This document shows, one piece after another, positions 62,573-64,000 of a DNA stretch of 64,000 nucleotides. Under the pieces are notes generated by a model. The model did no database searches. It saw only the letters and a program-made list of their open reading frames with translations, and was not told where the DNA came from. Origin of the DNA: Minisyncoccota bacterium (GTDB taxonomy: Bacteria; Patescibacteriota; Minisyncoccia; Phycocordibacterales; JBAYGS01); NCBI GenBank assembly GCA_041666545.1, contig JBAYGS010000002.1, positions 106,395 through 170,394 of the forward strand, in the 5' to 3' direction. A program made the position numbers and the translations under genes. The stretch's first letter is position 1. The number at the start of each line of letters is the position of its first letter.

Positions 62573-62682
62573 ATATTTAAAAAGCCGGCAGGTTTCGCTA
62601 CTCGTGGACTGAATGATCCCTAAGCGAGGTTACTTGCCAGTACTTCTAATAATGGGAGAGAGTATACCTGAGGAAGGGGAAA

Positions 62683-62790
62683 TAGTAAATAGATAGTAGT
62701 TAGTAGTAAGTAGGTAGTAGTCAGTAGTGAAGAAGATAAAAGCCCCGACGCTTTGTCTGACAAAGGTCGGGGCGGGGTCGGGGACAGGGT
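62683..62790 (+). repeat. GTAGT repeat tract + composite hairpin element (copy 4) upstream of rpsA
   Basis: AATAGATAGTAGTTAGTAGTAAGTAGGTAGTAGTCAGTAGTG ... CCCCGACGCTTTGTCTGACAAAGGTCGGGGCGGGGTCGGGG. Confidence 0.6.
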
Positions 62791-62801
62791 CAGGAAGCAA
62801 A

Positions 62802-63023
62802 TCACTCATAATCGATTTGGTGGGTGACCAAAATGTAGGACGGTCGCTTTTTCGTATCGATGTGGTTCGGGAACCTTGAAGCCTCAACGATAGTTTTCAT
62901 ATCGGAGATTTTGGCCTTCAAATTGGCGATTTCCTTTCTGGTCCTCAGGTGGTCCAGTGCACCAAGGGTCAAAATCAAAAGGATGAGGACATAAATGGCG
63001 GCAATATCGTTTCGGTTTTGCAT
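62802..63023 (-). CDS. small bitopic membrane protein, FtsL/DivIC-like (hypothetical)
   Basis: TM helix followed by a short coiled-coil (RTRKEIANLKAKISDMK). Confidence 0.3.
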   Translation of the reverse strand: MQNRNDIAAIYVLILLILTLGALDHLRTRKEIANLKAKISDMKTIVEASRFPNHIDTKKRPSYILVTHQIDYE

Positions 63024-63084
63024 AAAATAAGAACAGGTTTTCTATCTTAACTATACGAATTTAATTCAAGAAATCAATAGCACA

Positions 63085-63241
63085 CGACACAAATACACGA
63101 ATGAGGACGAATGACACGAATAGCTGAATTCGTGTGTGCGTATTCGTGGTTTCGCTATGCGCATACCTTATTCGTGTGCCCTATTCGTAAGGGTTCTCAA
63201 CAGCTTTTTATTCGTGTGCCCTATTCGTAAGGGTTCTCAAC
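63085..63241 (+). promoter_or_regulatory. dense cluster of ATTCGT/ACGAAT half-sites including a tandem pair of the 34-nt motif (63168-63201, 63208-63241)
   Basis: ACACGAATGAGGACGAATGACACGAATAGCTGAATTCGTGTGTGCGTATTCGTGG...TTATTCGTGTGCCCTATTCGTAAGGGTTCTCAAC x2, upstream of the ftsL-like/rpsA operon on the minus strand. Confidence 0.5.
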
Positions 63242-63794
63242 AAAAAGCCCCACGAAAGCTTGCGCTTCGTGGGGTTCGGGGGACAAATGGTTTTGCCTTG
63301 GCTTCAGGTTGCCGAAACATTGGTTCGGCAAGTCACTTGGAATTTCCTGATTCCAAAGGAAGCCTGATTCTCCGACTGGTCCGATTATTCAGGGTAGTCG
63401 GGCGGCCAGTGTCAGGTGCCTGATGTGGCTGGTCTGACTTGGTTATCGGATACTTGGGAGAGTCCGCAATCTCGATCTGCTATCCTGCCACCATTTTGGC
63501 AGAATGCAGTCGGGTTTGGTTTACATTGCAAGCAATGTCGGACTTTCCCACGACTCCGTAGGGGGTTCCTACGTTTAGGCTGCTCCGGTCTTTGTTCACT
63601 CCCGGAATCGTGTATTCCATTCCCACGGCCCTCTCGGGCCGTGGGCTTTGTCCTGAAATCATCCTACCCATAAAAAGCCTTTTGGCAAGCTTGATAAAAA
63701 CAAATTTTGTTGTCTAATTTTATCTGCGATTTTGCCAATCCAAGAAAAAAGCCCCTCACCGCAAGCGGCGAGGGGCAATCGGGGAATAGTGACT

Positions 63795-64000
63795 TGGTTT
63801 AACCTTACCTGCTATGTCGCTATGACACTCAAGTGTTTTTCTGATCACCTGATTGCAGGCTAATTCTCCAACGCATGACTGATTTCAGATTATCAGGTCT
63901 GCTTGCGCTGTACGGCGCTTCAGGATACTCGGGATAGTGCCGCTAAAGCAAGACGCGCTCGACTTCGACCCCTTTGGCCTACTTGGAGTGGCTTGCCCAA
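63795..64000 (-). rRNA. probable 3'-terminal ~200 nt of a 23S rRNA gene (partial; continues beyond the window)
   Basis: The minus-strand sequence is collinear with the E. coli 23S 3' end: UCCUGAAG, AUGCGUUGGAG...UUAGCC...CAAUCAGGUGAUCAG...GGUUAAACC versus AUGCGUUGAGCUAACCGGUACUAAUGAACCGUGAGGCUUAACC. Followed by the hairpin GCCCCTCGCCGCTTGCGGTGAGGGGC + T-run at 63735-63770. Confidence 0.4.

Noticed and set aside
63280-63730. 5S rRNA or tmRNA call for the GC-rich segment next to the 23S-like end
   Set aside because: Only partial loop-C-like strings are present (CACCUGAC...GCCGAAC). There is no loop E, no helix I closure and no tmRNA termini. It was left as an unresolved finding and not annotated as a feature.

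Overview
This is a low-GC bacterial chromosomal segment with small genes and a housekeeping backbone: class II ribonucleotide reductase, MurJ, LepA, ValRS, TsaD, FtsZ/FtsA, TrxB, YbeY, S21, a HisRS-like protein, LepB, Pth and ribosomal protein S1. The gene content fits a reduced-genome, possibly Patescibacteria/CPR-like organism, but that is inference only. The window holds five intact tRNA genes (Arg-CCT, Phe-GAA, Ser-CGA, Glu-TTC, Val-GAC) and an RNase P RNA with its own sigma70-like promoter and terminator. The 3' end of a 23S-like rRNA appears to enter at the right edge on the minus strand. A polysaccharide/glycosylation cluster occupies about 23.6-32.1 kb (GT2, GT4, a GT-C-like membrane protein, a 951-aa dual-GT2 protein, and a Wzm/Wzt ABC exporter). 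The most interesting region is an accessory island at roughly 32.1-45.7 kb beside tRNA-Ser and a tRNA-Glu locus that carries partial tRNA copies. It contains a LAGLIDADG homing endonuclease, an ArsR-type regulator framed by palindromes, and a tightly packed radC / OLD-family ATPase-nuclease / Sau3AI-like restriction endonuclease / C5 cytosine methyltransferase / zinc-ribbon operon. It also carries an XRE-HTH+Panacea(DUF4065)-like antitoxin with a small unknown partner protein, a denV-like pyrimidine-dimer glycosylase, and several GC-rich hairpin and direct-repeat elements. A cassette within it is bounded by ~52-bp direct repeats that each carry a hairpin, a ribosome-binding site and a start codon. 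Several families of short dispersed repeats recur through the window. One is a GTAGT/ACTAC-type repeat that is inserted in frame inside valS and tsaD and sits at many 5' UTRs. Another is a composite GC-rich double-hairpin element. A third is a 33-34-nt ATTCGT direct-repeat motif found upstream of several genes. Two LAGLIDADG endonuclease genes each run into an adjacent tRNA gene.
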